NCBI GenBank assembly: GCA_033763315.1
Contig: JANRKS010000016.1
Location: 64,001-128,000, forward strand
Direction: 5' to 3'
Length of the DNA: 64,000 bases
Origin: Deltaproteobacteria bacterium
GTDB lineage: Bacteria; Myxococcota_A; Polyangia; Fen-1088
This document shows positions 30,124 to 40,131 of this stretch, piece by piece. Position 1 is the stretch's first letter. Each line of letters starts with the position of its first letter. The position numbers and the translations under genes are program-made. The notes under the pieces are model-generated. The model did no database searches. It saw only the letters and a list, made by a program, of their open reading frames with translations, and was not told where the DNA came from.

Positions 30124-32970
30124 ATGAGTAAAATCGTTATCAAGGGTGCGCGCACCCATAACCTGAAGAACATCGACCTTGAGATCCCACGCGACAAATT
30201 GGTGGTGATCACGGGGCTTTCAGGGTCAGGTAAATCGTCGTTGGCGTTTGATACGATATTCGCCGAGGGGCAACGGCGTTACGTTGAATCACTTTCGGCG
30301 TATGCGCGGCAGTTCTTGGACCAGATGGACAAGCCGGACGTCGATAGCATCGACGGACTTTCACCCGCCATCGCCATCGAGCAAAAGACGGCACCGCGCA
30401 ACCCACGCTCCAGCGTGGGCACCATCACCGAGATCTACGATCACCTGCGCCTGTTGTGGGCACGCGTGGGCAAGATCTATTGCTGGAACTGCGGCACGTT
30501 GATCGCGCCGTTCAGCATTTCGCAAATGGTGGATCAGGTGTTGGCGCTGCCTGCCGGTGCACGATTTTCTGTATTGGCACCCGTGGTACGCAACGAAAAG
30601 GGCGATTTCGCCAAGGCGCTTGCAGGATGGGCGAAAGAAGGCTTCGTGCGCGCGGATGTAGATGGCGAATTGATTGAGCTTTCGGATCCACCGAAACTTG
30701 ATCCACAAGCCGCGCACACGATCGAGATCTACGTGGATCGTCTTGTGCTGAAAGACGGCATTCGCCAGCGCCTGGCAGATTCGATTGAGCTGGCGGCGAA
30801 GCTTTCAGGTGGCCTTGTGAAAGTGGCGCCGCTTGAAGGTGACGATCGCCTATTTTCGGAGCGTTGCGTGTGCCCGAACTGCAACACCACGTATCCCGAG
30901 ATCACGCCCAAGCTATTCTCGTTCAACAGCCCCGCGGGCGCGTGCCCTGCGTGTGATGGCTTGGGCGCGTCGCTGCTGTTCGATCCAGATCTCATCGTGC
31001 GCGATGGCGAGCTTTCCCTGCGCGAAGGTGCGATCGAAGCGTGGGAACGCCGCAACAGCACATATTTTCAACAAATGCTGGCCACGATCTCCGAACACTA
31101 CAAGTTCGATCTGGATACGCCGTGGAACAAGCTGACGTCGAAGGTGCGCAAGGTGATCTTGGAGGGCTCGGGCAAGACTGAGTTCGATTTCGTGGTGGAA
31201 CGCAACGGCCGCACGCAATCGTTCACGCGTCCGTTTGAAGGCGTGTTGCCGAACCTGCAACGCCGATTCGAAGACTACATCCGCCGGCAGCGCGAACAAG
31301 GCCGCGTGGGCGACGAAGACTTCGAGGCGGTGTTCGATGAGTTTCACCGCTATATGCGCGAGGTTCCGTGCACGGAATGCGGCGGCACACGGTTGCGCAA
31401 GGAAGCGCGGCACGTGCGCATCGGCGACAAACGCGTCACAGACGTCACACGGATGACCGTGGGCGAATGTGTGGCCTTTTTTGATGGCATTGAACTAAGC
31501 CGCAAAGATCGCTTGATCGCGGATCGCGTGCTGCGCGAGATCGGCAACCGGCTTAAGTTCTTGGCCTCGGTGGGCGTTGATTACCTGTCGCTTGATCGCA
31601 GCGCGGCCACGTTATCGGGCGGCGAGGCGCAGCGGATCCGTTTGGCCACGCAGATTGGCAGCGGCCTGGTGGGCGTTCTCTATATTCTGGATGAGCCTTC
31701 GATTGGGTTGCACCAACGCGACAATGAACGCTTGTTGCAAACGCTGCTGCGTCTGCGCGATCTGGGCAACACGGTTTTGGTGGTGGAGCACGATGAAGAC
31801 ACGATTCGTGCTTCGGACTGGGTGGTGGATATGGGACCGAAGGCGGGTGAACACGGCGGCCGCGTGGTGGCCGCGGGTACGCCTGAGGCGATCAGTAAAA
31901 ACGAAGCTTCATTGACGGGCGATTACCTTTCGGGTCGCCGGTTCATCGCGATTCCAAAGCGGCGGCGCATCTCGAAGGCGAAGCACCTAAGCTTGGTGGG
32001 CGCGCGGACCCATAACCTGAAGAACATTTCGGTGAAGATTCCGCTAGGATCGTTTACGTGCGTGACGGGTGTTTCTGGGTCGGGCAAAAGCAGCCTGATC
32101 ATCGACACGCTTCTGCCGGCGCTCAAAGCGGCGCTTTATAAATCGAAGCCACCTGCGGTGCCATACGACGGCCTCGAAGGCCTGGTGCACGTGGATCGCG
32201 TGATCGACATTGATCAAAGCCCGATCGGCCGCACGCCGCGTTCGAACCCGGCCACTTACACGGGTTTGTTTGGCTTTATTCGCGAGTTGTTTGCGGAGCT
32301 ACCAGAATCAAAAGCCCGTGGCTATAAGTCGGGGCGCTATTCCTTCAACATCAAAGGCGGCCGCTGCGAAACGTGCCAAGGCGATGGCATCATCCGCATC
32401 GAAATGCACTTTCTGCCCGATGTGTATGTGCAGTGCGATGCGTGCCAAGGCCGCCGCTATAACCGCGAAACGTTGGACATCAAGTACCGCAACGCCTCGA
32501 TCGCAGACGTGCTTGATATGACTGTGGCGCAAGCGTGCCCCTTCCTTGAGAACATTCCGAAGATCAGGCAAAAGCTTGAGACGTTGCGCGAAGTGGGCCT
32601 GGGCTATATCAAGCTTGGCCAGGCGGCCAACACACTCTCGGGCGGCGAGGCCCAGCGCATGAAGCTGGCGAAAGAGCTGGCCAAGAAATCGACGGGCAGC
32701 ACCGTTTACATCTTGGATGAACCCACCACAGGTTTGCATTTGGCCGACATCGATCAACTGCTAGGCGTACTGCAACGTTTGGTGGACGCGGGCAACACGG
32801 TGGTGGTGATCGAACACGATCTGAACGTTATCAAAACGGCGGACTGGGTGATCGACATGGGCCCCGAAGGCGGGCCGAGCGGCGGCCAAGTGGTGGCCGA
32901 GGGGACCCCGGAGGATGTGGCGAAAGTGTCAGCGAGTTTGACGGGGCAGTATTTGAAGCGCGTGTTGTGA
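30124..32970 (+). CDS. uvrA: Excinuclease ABC subunit A
   Basis: Two ABC domains ([32 protein letters not shown] twice) and zinc fingers. Confidence 0.98.
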   Translation: MSKIVIKGARTHNLKNIDLEIPRDKLVVITGLSGSGKSSLAFDTIFAEGQRRYVESLSAYARQFLDQMDKPDVDSIDGLSPAIAIEQKTAPRNPRSSVGTITEIYDHLRLLWARVGKIYCWNCGTLIAPFSISQMVDQVLALPAGARFSVLAPVVRNEKGDFAKALAGWAKEGFVRADVDGELIELSDPPKLDPQAAHTIEIYVDRLVLKDGIRQRLADSIELAAKLSGGLVKVAPLEGDDRLFSERCVCPNCNTTYPEITPKLFSFNSPAGACPACDGLGASLLFDPDLIVRDGELSLREGAIEAWERRNSTYFQQMLATISEHYKFDLDTPWNKLTSKVRKVILEGSGKTEFDFVVERNGRTQSFTRPFEGVLPNLQRRFEDYIRRQREQGRVGDEDFEAVFDEFHRYMREVPCTECGGTRLRKEARHVRIGDKRVTDVTRMTVGECVAFFDGIELSRKDRLIADRVLREIGNRLKFLASVGVDYLSLDRSAATLSGGEAQRIRLATQIGSGLVGVLYILDEPSIGLHQRDNERLLQTLLRLRDLGNTVLVVEHDEDTIRASDWVVDMGPKAGEHGGRVVAAGTPEAISKNEASLTGDYLSGRRFIAIPKRRRISKAKHLSLVGARTHNLKNISVKIPLGSFTCVTGVSGSGKSSLIIDTLLPALKAALYKSKPPAVPYDGLEGLVHVDRVIDIDQSPIGRTPRSNPATYTGLFGFIRELFAELPESKARGYKSGRYSFNIKGGRCETCQGDGIIRIEMHFLPDVYVQCDACQGRRYNRETLDIKYRNASIADVLDMTVAQACPFLENIPKIRQKLETLREVGLGYIKLGQAANTLSGGEAQRMKLAKELAKKSTGSTVYILDEPTTGLHLADIDQLLGVLQRLVDAGNTVVVIEHDLNVIKTADWVIDMGPEGGPSGGQVVAEGTPEDVAKVSASLTGQYLKRVL

Positions 32971-33287
32971 GTGCCGTGTGGTGGTGAGTTGCAACAACGT
33001 GTGATGGCGAAGCACTTGTTGGGCATGCTGCTGTGAGCACGACGAGTTTGCCGCCACGATCCTAATCGCGCCCGCTGTGCATTTGGATTCGGTTGTCACG
33101 CCTGCGCGTCTGCACGAATAAATGGCGTTAACTCGAACACCAATATTGGATTCGCCACACTTACGGTTCAGGATTTTAGTTTATCGACACTTCGAACTGA
33201 ACAAGAACGAGCCGATTCGCGACGGGTTTGGGAATGAGGCCGCTGCCAAAGTCGACGACATGGGATATCCTGAACGGTACAAAACGA

Positions 33288-33731
33288 GTTGGCCAGACAC
33301 GTAACAAAGCCTGGAAGTTACGGCCATGAGCGGGCCGCGATCCAAATCGCGCTTTCTTTCTAAGCCGCTCAGGCAGAACCACACATCTACGAAGGCCACC
33401 TTGGGCAACGTCTGCTCACTGGCCTAACGGGCGTGTCGCACGCGCGAGCTCGGTACCGGTGAATCGTTGATGGTGTTGTGGCGCCGTCGGGCCAAGCACC
33501 TCTCCTTTCGTTGTGGCTCATGCTCGCAACCCGGGATGTACGCGCGGGCTCAGTAGGCGCTGCTCAGTGGTTGGCGACGGGCAACTGCGACTCGATACTC
33601 AACGACACGAAGGGGCACGCGCCGACGCAGGGTTGCTGCGAGTTGCGGCGCTGGCATATTGTCACCAGGCCACCAACACGACGATCGGAAAAGTACCGCG
33701 GCGTTGTCCCATCAGGGGATTCACCTCCGCT
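33288..33731 (+). other. Gene-less cassette 1 (body)
   Basis: Begins GTTGGCCAG and ends before CTGTCCAAC; homologous to 33851-34294 with frame-breaking indels. Confidence 0.7.
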
Positions 33732-33857
33732 GTCCAACTGATCGTTTCAGCTGACAAAGAGCACAGGCCAACTAAAACCTAGACACGCCCGTGTGGTGCG
33801 AGCCAGAATGCGGTCTTGTGCCTCAGGGCCTTTGCAGCTGAACTGGGCACGTTGTGC
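33732..33857 (+). repeat. attC site 1
   Basis: R'' GTCCAAC, L'' GTTTCAGCTGACAAAG pairing with L' CTTTGCAGCTGAAC (two extra bases), R' GTTGTGC. Confidence 0.88.
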
Positions 33858-34294
33858 AGACACGCGGCTCAGTCTGGGAACAGGCTTGCATGAGCTGGCC
33901 GCGAAACAAATCGCGCGGTCTGTGTCAGTGGCTCAGGCAGAACCACCAAGCTGCGAAGGCTTTCTTGCGCAAGGCGGGTTCACAGGTCTAACGGGGCGTG
34001 CAGGACGCGCGGGCTCGGTACGGGTGCAAGGGCGGTGAAGTGGCAACGCCAGCCGGCCAACAAACGCCCTTGGTGTTGACTCGCCACCGGGCATGCACCA
34101 GTGCACGTTCGAGCTCAGTATGCGGGGGTCAGCGGGCCGCATGTGCCGTCGATGCTGCAAGCTCAACAACAAGAAGGGGCGCGCGGCAACAGGGTATTGC
34201 TGCGCGCAATGGCAGTGGCGCTGTGTGACCCGGCCACCGAGGTCGTGCTCGGGCATGTATCGGACCTCATCGCGCCCGTGTTTGTAGCCCCGCT
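33851..34294 (+). other. Gene-less cassette 2 (body)
   Basis: Begins GTTGTGCAG and ends CTGCACAAC; no credible ORF. Confidence 0.72.
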
Positions 34295-34421
34295 GCACAA
34301 CCGCTCGTTGCATCTGACAAAGCGTGGGCGCCATCTAAAACCTAGACACGTCCGTGGCTTTCCAGCACCATTGGGGTTGTGCACGCTGCTGAGCTTTGCA
34401 GCTGAACTTCACACGTTAGCC
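34295..34421 (+). repeat. attC site 2
   Basis: GCACAAC...CATCTGACAAAG...CTTTGCAGCTGAAC...GTTAGCC. Confidence 0.88.
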
Positions 34422-34432
34422 GGACGAACGAG

Positions 34433-34912
34433 ATGCACGAGATTCAAGTACTGATCGGCGGGAAAGAAACGACGGAGGCGTTTGCGGCAACATGCAGCGA
34501 AGCGCTTCGCCGAGAGCTAACGTCCGAGCTATTTATGATTCCTCTCACCGAGGCGCTGGTTCTCCAAATGACTAGCCAAGCTCTGCGGCTGCCAGACCTA
34601 GAAGATCCTGATGAAGCGAAAGAGCTGGCTAGCGCCCTGCAACCTGTAGTGACGTCACTACTCGATGCAAATTTGGTTGGGCGTCTCGGGGTCGTTCTGA
34701 CTCAGTACTTTGGAGGCTCTGGAAATCAAGCGGCTTTGCTAGTCGAGAATGGAACTGTCAGCCATGGCCCCTTTGTAGGCGAAGGATCGATCAACAGGAT
34801 TCTTGCACGGCTCGGCGTATGCCGCGATGACAAAACCGGGCGCGACGAATTCGCGGTCGTCGGCTTAGACCGATGGCGTTCGAGCGATCAGATCATTGGC
34901 GGCGCCGGCTAA
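34433..34912 (+). CDS. Cassette hypothetical protein (YFGG.G.Q, IN..L..LGV, DEF..VGL..WRS)
   Basis: ORF fills the cassette; stop TAA lies in the R'' box. Confidence 0.85.
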   Translation: MHEIQVLIGGKETTEAFAATCSEALRRELTSELFMIPLTEALVLQMTSQALRLPDLEDPDEAKELASALQPVVTSLLDANLVGRLGVVLTQYFGGSGNQAALLVENGTVSHGPFVGEGSINRILARLGVCRDDKTGRDEFAVVGLDRWRSSDQIIGGAG

Positions 34913-35035
34913 CAGATCGTTCCAGCTGACAGTGCCGCGAGCGTCACTTTGAACCTAGACATGGCAGCGGTGTGCGAGCGACAATGCGGTCTTGGTGCCT
35001 TGTTGGGCACCGCAGCTGAACTTTACACGTTAGCC
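34907..35035 (+). repeat. attC site 3
   Basis: GGCTAAC...CAGCTGAC...GCAGCTGAAC...GTTAGCC. Confidence 0.92.
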
Positions 35036-35047
35036 GGACGGAGAACT

Positions 35048-35893
35048 ATGGACCCAGCTACAGGTCTCACAATTTTAGGAGGAGCCGTTGGATCGGCGAA
35101 GGTGCTCGAGAAGCTGCTTGGTCCAACAGCGGACTATCTTGGCTGCGGGTTCAAGGATTGGACAGAACGCGGATTCAAGAATGTTGGGCGAATTTTCGAA
35201 ATAGCTAAACTTCGCCTCGGCCCGAAGATTGATGACCCCGGAGGAGTTCCGCCGAGAGTGTTGAAGGAAGTTCTCAGCGAGGGGCCCTTCTGCGAGGATG
35301 AACTGTGGGCCGAATACTTTGGAGGGGTTCTAGCCTCGTCGCGCTCCGAAGTTGAGCGCGACGATCGCGGTGCCCGCTTCGCGTCGATAATCAGCCGATT
35401 GAGCACGTACCAAGTTCGTTGCCACTTTGTGCTCTATCGCCTTTTCAAGACGCTCTTTGACGGCGTCGAGGACACAGTGTCAACCGACGACGGACGTCGA
35501 TCCCTAGAAATGTTCGTACCGTTTGCGGCATTCGTGTCCGCTATGGAGCTGACAGGAGCAGAGAAGATCGATATCATTCTCAGCCACACAATAGTTGGGC
35601 TGGCTGGCGAGTCGCTCCTTGACCCCCAATACAAATTTGGTGGTGCCGAGTTCATCAAGACGAACGGTTTTCCGGGTGCGGCCCAGGATGGGATGCTCGT
35701 CCGCCCCTCGACGTTGGGGGCCGAACTCTTCCACTGGGCCCATGGACTCGGCAACGTTCATACCGGTAAATTTCTAGACCCGGCATGTACGTTTCCTTCG
35801 ACGATCATCGTGACTGTAATGCCCGGCGTATGCGCTTCACAGAGGCCGGACCGCAAATTGGATCAGCTGGTTAAGCCAAGTGGGCCCGCATGA
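35048..35893 (+). CDS. Cassette protein, Abi-alpha (DUF4393)-like, 281 aa
   Basis: GGAG then ATG at 35048. VPPRVL..VL.EG..CEDE...EYFGGVLASS...F..II.RLS resembles Abi-alpha proteins (from memory, no search run). Confidence 0.65.
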   Translation: MDPATGLTILGGAVGSAKVLEKLLGPTADYLGCGFKDWTERGFKNVGRIFEIAKLRLGPKIDDPGGVPPRVLKEVLSEGPFCEDELWAEYFGGVLASSRSEVERDDRGARFASIISRLSTYQVRCHFVLYRLFKTLFDGVEDTVSTDDGRRSLEMFVPFAAFVSAMELTGAEKIDIILSHTIVGLAGESLLDPQYKFGGAEFIKTNGFPGAAQDGMLVRPSTLGAELFHWAHGLGNVHTGKFLDPACTFPSTIIVTVMPGVCASQRPDRKLDQLVKPSGPA

Positions 35894-35905
35894 CCGGAAC
35901 GCGCC

Positions 35906-36035
35906 GGCTAACTCATCGTTCAAGTCTGACAGCGCCACGGACGCCATCTTGATCCTAGACACGTTAGTGGCTCGCGATCGACAATGCGGTCTTGCGGCGT
36001 TAGTAGGCGCTGCAGCTTAACTTTACACGTTAGAC
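35906..36035 (+). repeat. attC site 4
   Basis: GGCTAAC...CAAGTCTGACAGCGCC...GGCGCTGCAGCTTAAC...GTTAGAC. Confidence 0.92.
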
Positions 36036-36269
36036 GCACGGAGAGCTATGGACCCAGCAACAGGCCTAACAATTCTTGGTAGCGCAATCGGATCTGCGAA
36101 GGTGCTCGAAAAGTTGCTCGGTCCTACGGCGGATTATCTCGGCGCCGGACTTAAGGATTGGACGGAACGCAGCTTCAAGAATGTCGGCCGTATCGTTGAG
36201 AGAGCTAAGTTTCGGCTTGGCCCAAAGATAGATGAGCCTGGGCTTGACCCGTTTTCGCGGACAGTTGGG

Positions 36270-38993
36270 TTAAGCGGATCGTTTCTTCAAAGAATGTAGC
36301 AGCTCAAACTCGACGGGCGTTCGGTAGTTGATGGAAGAGTGACGCCGACGATAATTGTAGTTCGCGATGAATTGTTTCGCTGACAGTGTGCCAATGGCCG
36401 GCGTTTCGAGCGTGTCCGCATTGTGCATTTCCCGCTTGAGCGTGGCAAAGAAACTTTCTGCGACGGCATTGTCCCAGCAGTCGCCCTTGCGGCTCATACT
36501 GCACTCGATAGCTCCCTCACGTAGTGCCCTGCGGTAAGCATCGGCAGTGTACGTGCTGCCGCGGTCCGAGTGATGTACAAGGCCCGGCCCAGGCCTGCGT
36601 GATTGTATAGCCATTTCAAGAGCTGCGAGGGCAAGGTTGCAGTCCACGGTTTGGCTTGTCGCCCAGCCAACAATCCGCCGCGAAAACAGGTCCAAGATGA
36701 CTGCGAGATAAAGCCATCCCTGGGTTGTGTGTAGATAGGGGTAAGTAGGCCGGGGCATTTCAGCCCCAGCCCCTCTCAGAACCGGACGTGAACCTCTCGG
36801 CTCATCCGGCTCCCATCATCGAACCGCCGGGATAGATCCCACGTTCCCAATGTACGAAGGATTTCGGAGCGACTGCGGCAATTCGCCCAAGCTCCTTAAT
36901 TGCTCGGCGTACGTGCCGAGCGAGGTGCTTGTACTTTCGCCGAAGCCACCGCACAAGGTATTCATTGACGTGCCGCCACAATGGCTTCAACGCCGACGCG
37001 TAGAACCGACCGTAGTAGTTAGCCCATCCACGAAGGATGGGATTAAACATGTTTGAGAGATCGTCCAGGGACTTGTCGCACTTCAGTTGAAGATGCCATC
37101 CGCGAATTTCTCGCCGCATCGCGCGGAGCGCATCACGGCTCACCCCGGGAGAAAAATTCACGTATAGACGGCCATACCTGTCCCGCGATCTTCGCGGGCG
37201 AAATGTATAACCGAGAAACGTGAATTGTATCGTTGGATATGCGCTCTGCCGATTGATGTCTTTGCAGTACGCTATCCGCGTTTTCTCTGGATGCAGTTCG
37301 AGTCCGCATTCCTTTAAGCGCTCTCCGATCATCCGCAACGCAAGCCGCGCCTGCTCTTCGCTCTTGCAGTGGACAACGCCGTCGTCTGCGTATCGGCAAA
37401 GTTGCACGCTTCGCAGCTCTCGGCGCATCCAAATATCAAGCGCGTAATGCAGAAACAGATTCGCAAGCAACGGGCTGACGACACCCCCTTGTGGGGTCCC
37501 TCGTGTGCGCGCCACCTGCGTTCCATCCTCGATCACCATCGGTGCCTTAAGCCATCTCTCGATGTACAAAAGGACCCAAGGTGTCTTGCAATGCTTGCGA
37601 ACGGCCCGGAGAAGCAGTTCGTGATCAATTGTGTCGAATAGGGCTTTGACGTCAAACTCGACGACCCAGTCATATTTCCAACTTCGCCGCCTAACCATTT
37701 TGATCGCATCCAAGGCAGAGCGCCCCGGACGGTACCCAAACGAATTGTCGTCGAAAATCGGCTCGAGCATTGGCTCAAGGACCATCTTGACCGCGGTTTG
37801 TGCGATCCGATCTGCAACCGTTGGTATCCCCAACATCCGCGTTCCACCCGTTCGTTTTGGGATCGACACGCTCTTAACCGGCGGCGGAAAGTAGCTGCCG
37901 GAGATCATGCGGTTCCAAATCTTATACAGGTTGTCACTTAGGTTTCTCTCAAATACTTCGATCGATTCGCCGTCTACCCCGGCAGATCCTCCTTTGGCCT
38001 TCACCGTCTGGAATGCCTTCCAGATCAGTTGTTTGGGAATTTCAAACGGCTTTGTCATGAGCCGACGCTCCTCCTGCTTGCGCAGTTGACGGCGGTGCAT
38101 GACGCGATGACGCGACCCCTTCGCTCCATCACCATTACAGTGACTTCCTCACTACTACGAGTCGCTCCGTCCCTTGGCTGCACATCAGTACTGTCGGCCT
38201 TGCGTTTTGCGCTTGTACCTTTCCCTTTACATTGCAGCCGAAGGTTCCTGCAGTTCAACATAGGAGCCCGAATCGCGCTGGCGCTGTCTCTATGCCGGAC
38301 GCCGCATGGCCAATAGACAGGCTCCCGCCATGCTGATCCTGGGCAACATCAACTCCCAGTTTCGACGTCATTTGGTTATTTCGACAATTGGACGACAGTT
38401 CACTTTTGTTCGCCTTCTTCGATTCACACCTGACGCCTTACGACGCCTTTTCCGCAACGCTCACGACCGGGGCTTTTGACCCAGGCCGCTTGCGGTGGTT
38501 TGCGACCTGCTCCTGTAAGCCGGTCGCGAGGGGCCAGTTAGATTTTTTTTTCTTACATCCCTCATCTCCTACGCTGCTTCTGCAGCACACTGATGTCCGT
38601 GACCCAGGCCCTGTTGGGACCCGCGGCTGTAAAGTCCCTCTGCAGAAGGTTGGGGGCGATAGGGTGCCCGTGTTTGGAATCTGTGGTCGCCTTGAATCGG
38701 CGTCGAGTGAGTGCTTTGAGCCCGGTTTGTCGCATCAATCGTGCGACGCGCTTACGTGCGACCCGTTGTCCGCTCGCCTTAAGGTCCGCGTGAATTCTAG
38801 GGCTTCCGTAGTTGTAACCGCTGGCCACATGCAGCGCATGAATGCGTCGCGCGAGTTCGGCATCACCTTTTGAGTGACGTGATTCTTTGCGCTGCACGCT
38901 CGCATAAAAGCCACTCGTCGAAACGCCCAGAAGCCTACAAAGCGCCGCCACGGGAAAGGCCACCCTCTGCTCTTGGATGAATGCAAACTTCAT
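36270..38993 (-). CDS. IS3 OrfB DDE transposase in two exons (38993-38591 and 36739-36270; 290 aa spliced)
   Basis: Removing the intron gives WVTDI-TYLHTTQGWLYLAVILD...HHSDRGS...CWDNAVAESFF. Confidence 0.9.
36740..38590 (-). mobile_element. Group II intron (RmInt1-like, class D/IIB), 1851 nt
   Basis: 5' end GTGTGCTGCAGA; domain V GAGCCGGATGAGCCGAGAGGTTCACGTCCGGTTC; domain VI ending CCTACTTACC; EBS1 loop UGAUGUU (38345-51) complementary to the 5' exon end GACAUCA. Confidence 0.93.
36802..38058 (-). CDS. ltrA: Group II intron reverse transcriptase/maturase lacking endonuclease domain (418 aa)
   Basis: LGIPTVADR, SFGYRP, GTPQGGVVSPLLAN, RYADD and domain X GWANYY; no HNH. Confidence 0.95.
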   Translation of the reverse strand: MTKPFEIPKQLIWKAFQTVKAKGGSAGVDGESIEVFERNLSDNLYKIWNRMISGSYFPPPVKSVSIPKRTGGTRMLGIPTVADRIAQTAVKMVLEPMLEPIFDDNSFGYRPGRSALDAIKMVRRRSWKYDWVVEFDVKALFDTIDHELLLRAVRKHCKTPWVLLYIERWLKAPMVIEDGTQVARTRGTPQGGVVSPLLANLFLHYALDIWMRRELRSVQLCRYADDGVVHCKSEEQARLALRMIGERLKECGLELHPEKTRIAYCKDINRQSAYPTIQFTFLGYTFRPRRSRDRYGRLYVNFSPGVSRDALRAMRREIRGWHLQLKCDKSLDDLSNMFNPILRGWANYYGRFYASALKPLWRHVNEYLVRWLRRKYKHLARHVRRAIKELGRIAAVAPKSFVHWERGIYPGGSMMGAG

Positions 38994-39298
38994 GCATTCT
39001 CCTTCGCGAAGAAGGTGGCCGCACGTTTTAAAATCTCACGCTCCATGCGCAGTGTCTTGACCTCGCGGCGCAGGTGCGAAAGCTCTTCCTTCTCTGATGC
39101 TGTTAAGGCAACTGGTGTGTCCGCGCCCTGAGCGCCGCCGCTTTGCCTAAGCCACTTGCGTATGAGGCTGTCGGCGACATCGAGTTCTCGGGATGCCTCC
39201 GGAACCGTTTTGGCCCCGCTCTGTATCAATTGCACCACCTCCGCCTTGAACTGCCGCCCATGCGTGCGCCGCGGTTTTACTGCCTTCGATTTCCTCAT
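38990..39298 (-). CDS. IS3 OrfA (HTH plus leucine zipper)
   Basis: FKAEVV...IRKW...LRREVKTLRMEREILKRAATFFAKE; ATGA overlap with orfB. Confidence 0.93.
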   Translation of the reverse strand: MRKSKAVKPRRTHGRQFKAEVVQLIQSGAKTVPEASRELDVADSLIRKWLRQSGGAQGADTPVALTASEKEELSHLRREVKTLRMEREILKRAATFFAKENA

Positions 39299-39988
39299 AT
39301 GGATACCTTTCTACGCTCTTTTCTCTGAGCGTGGGTGTCCACGAAAGCGGGTCAACCTCAGCCTGGGGGAATCCCTCCTCGAGTTGTCCACAAACTTCTT
39401 ACGGAAGGTCCTTTCATCGAGGACGAGGTTGGGGCTGAGTATTTCGGGGGAGTGCTCGCGTCCTCTAGGTCGGAATCATTTCGAGACGACCGCGCCAATT
39501 ATTACCTAGGGCAGATTAGCCGACTTTCATGCTACCAGTTGCGGGCACACTACGTCTTCTACGCCTGCTTCCAGCGCATTTATCTCGGGATCAAGCGGGA
39601 CCTTGGAAACTCGGATCACACAAGTCACGCTTACGTTTTCATTTCCATGTCTGCATTCTCAACCGCGATGAAATTCACCGAGAAAGAGGATCCCGCCAAA
39701 ATCATCGGCCATATCCTGTTTGGTCTCCACCGCGAAGGACTGATTTCGGCGTATGCGTCCGGAAACAAAGAAACAGTGGTTGGCATTGCAAGCACCGCAG
39801 CTTCTGATGGTGTCGCCTTTGTGTTAACGCCTGGAGGTGTTGAACTCTTTCTGTGGGCACACGGGCTGCAAGACTCGGATCTGAACGACATCATCACTGC
39901 CGATTCCCCTTTCGAACCGTTCGACGACGTACAGCTCCCGCCGCCCACTGAGTACTACGGTCCGAGCGGGCCGAATTCGCGAGGCGGC

Positions 39989-40117
39989 GCCTAACTATGC
40001 GTTCAAGCTGCCAAAGCTGCGGAGGTCACCTTGAACCTAGACACGGCAACGCTATGCCAGCAAAAATGCGGTCTTGCGCGTTTGTGAGCTTTGCAGCTTA
40101 ACGGCGCCACGTTAGTC
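39989..40117 (+). repeat. attC site 5
   Basis: GCCTAAC...CAAGCTGCCAAAGCT...AGCTTTGCAGCTTAAC...GTTAGTC. Confidence 0.92.
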
Positions 40118-40131
40118 AGACACGGAAGCAA

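Larger units (their letters stand above)
36239..39360 (-). mobile_element. IS3-family insertion sequence (1271 bp excluding the intron)
   Basis: Terminal IRs TGAGGTTGACCCGCTTTCGTGGACA / TGGGCTTGACCCGTTTTCGCGGACA; 3-bp target duplication GCC at 36236-38 and 39361-63; orfA and orfB present. Confidence 0.95.
36048..39994 (+). pseudogene. Paralogue of 35048-35893 interrupted by IS3 (273 aa when reconstructed)
   Basis: Joining 36048-36238 to 39364-39994 restores ...KIDEPGGIPPRVV..., matching KIDDPGGVPPRVL. Confidence 0.92.

Noticed and set aside
33155-33172. Myxobacterial LexA box near the array head
   Set aside because: Only the GTTCAGG half fits; the left half does not.
34949-35047. ORF-track N-terminal extensions through attC sites or upstream genes (also 43622, 48624, 49439)
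   Set aside because: True starts follow the R' site or match the paralogue/family start (35048, 43685, 48651, 49550).
36802-38058. RT read as a retron, DGR or defence RT
   Set aside because: It lies within a group II intron with domains V/VI, EBS1-IBS1 pairing and a maturase domain.
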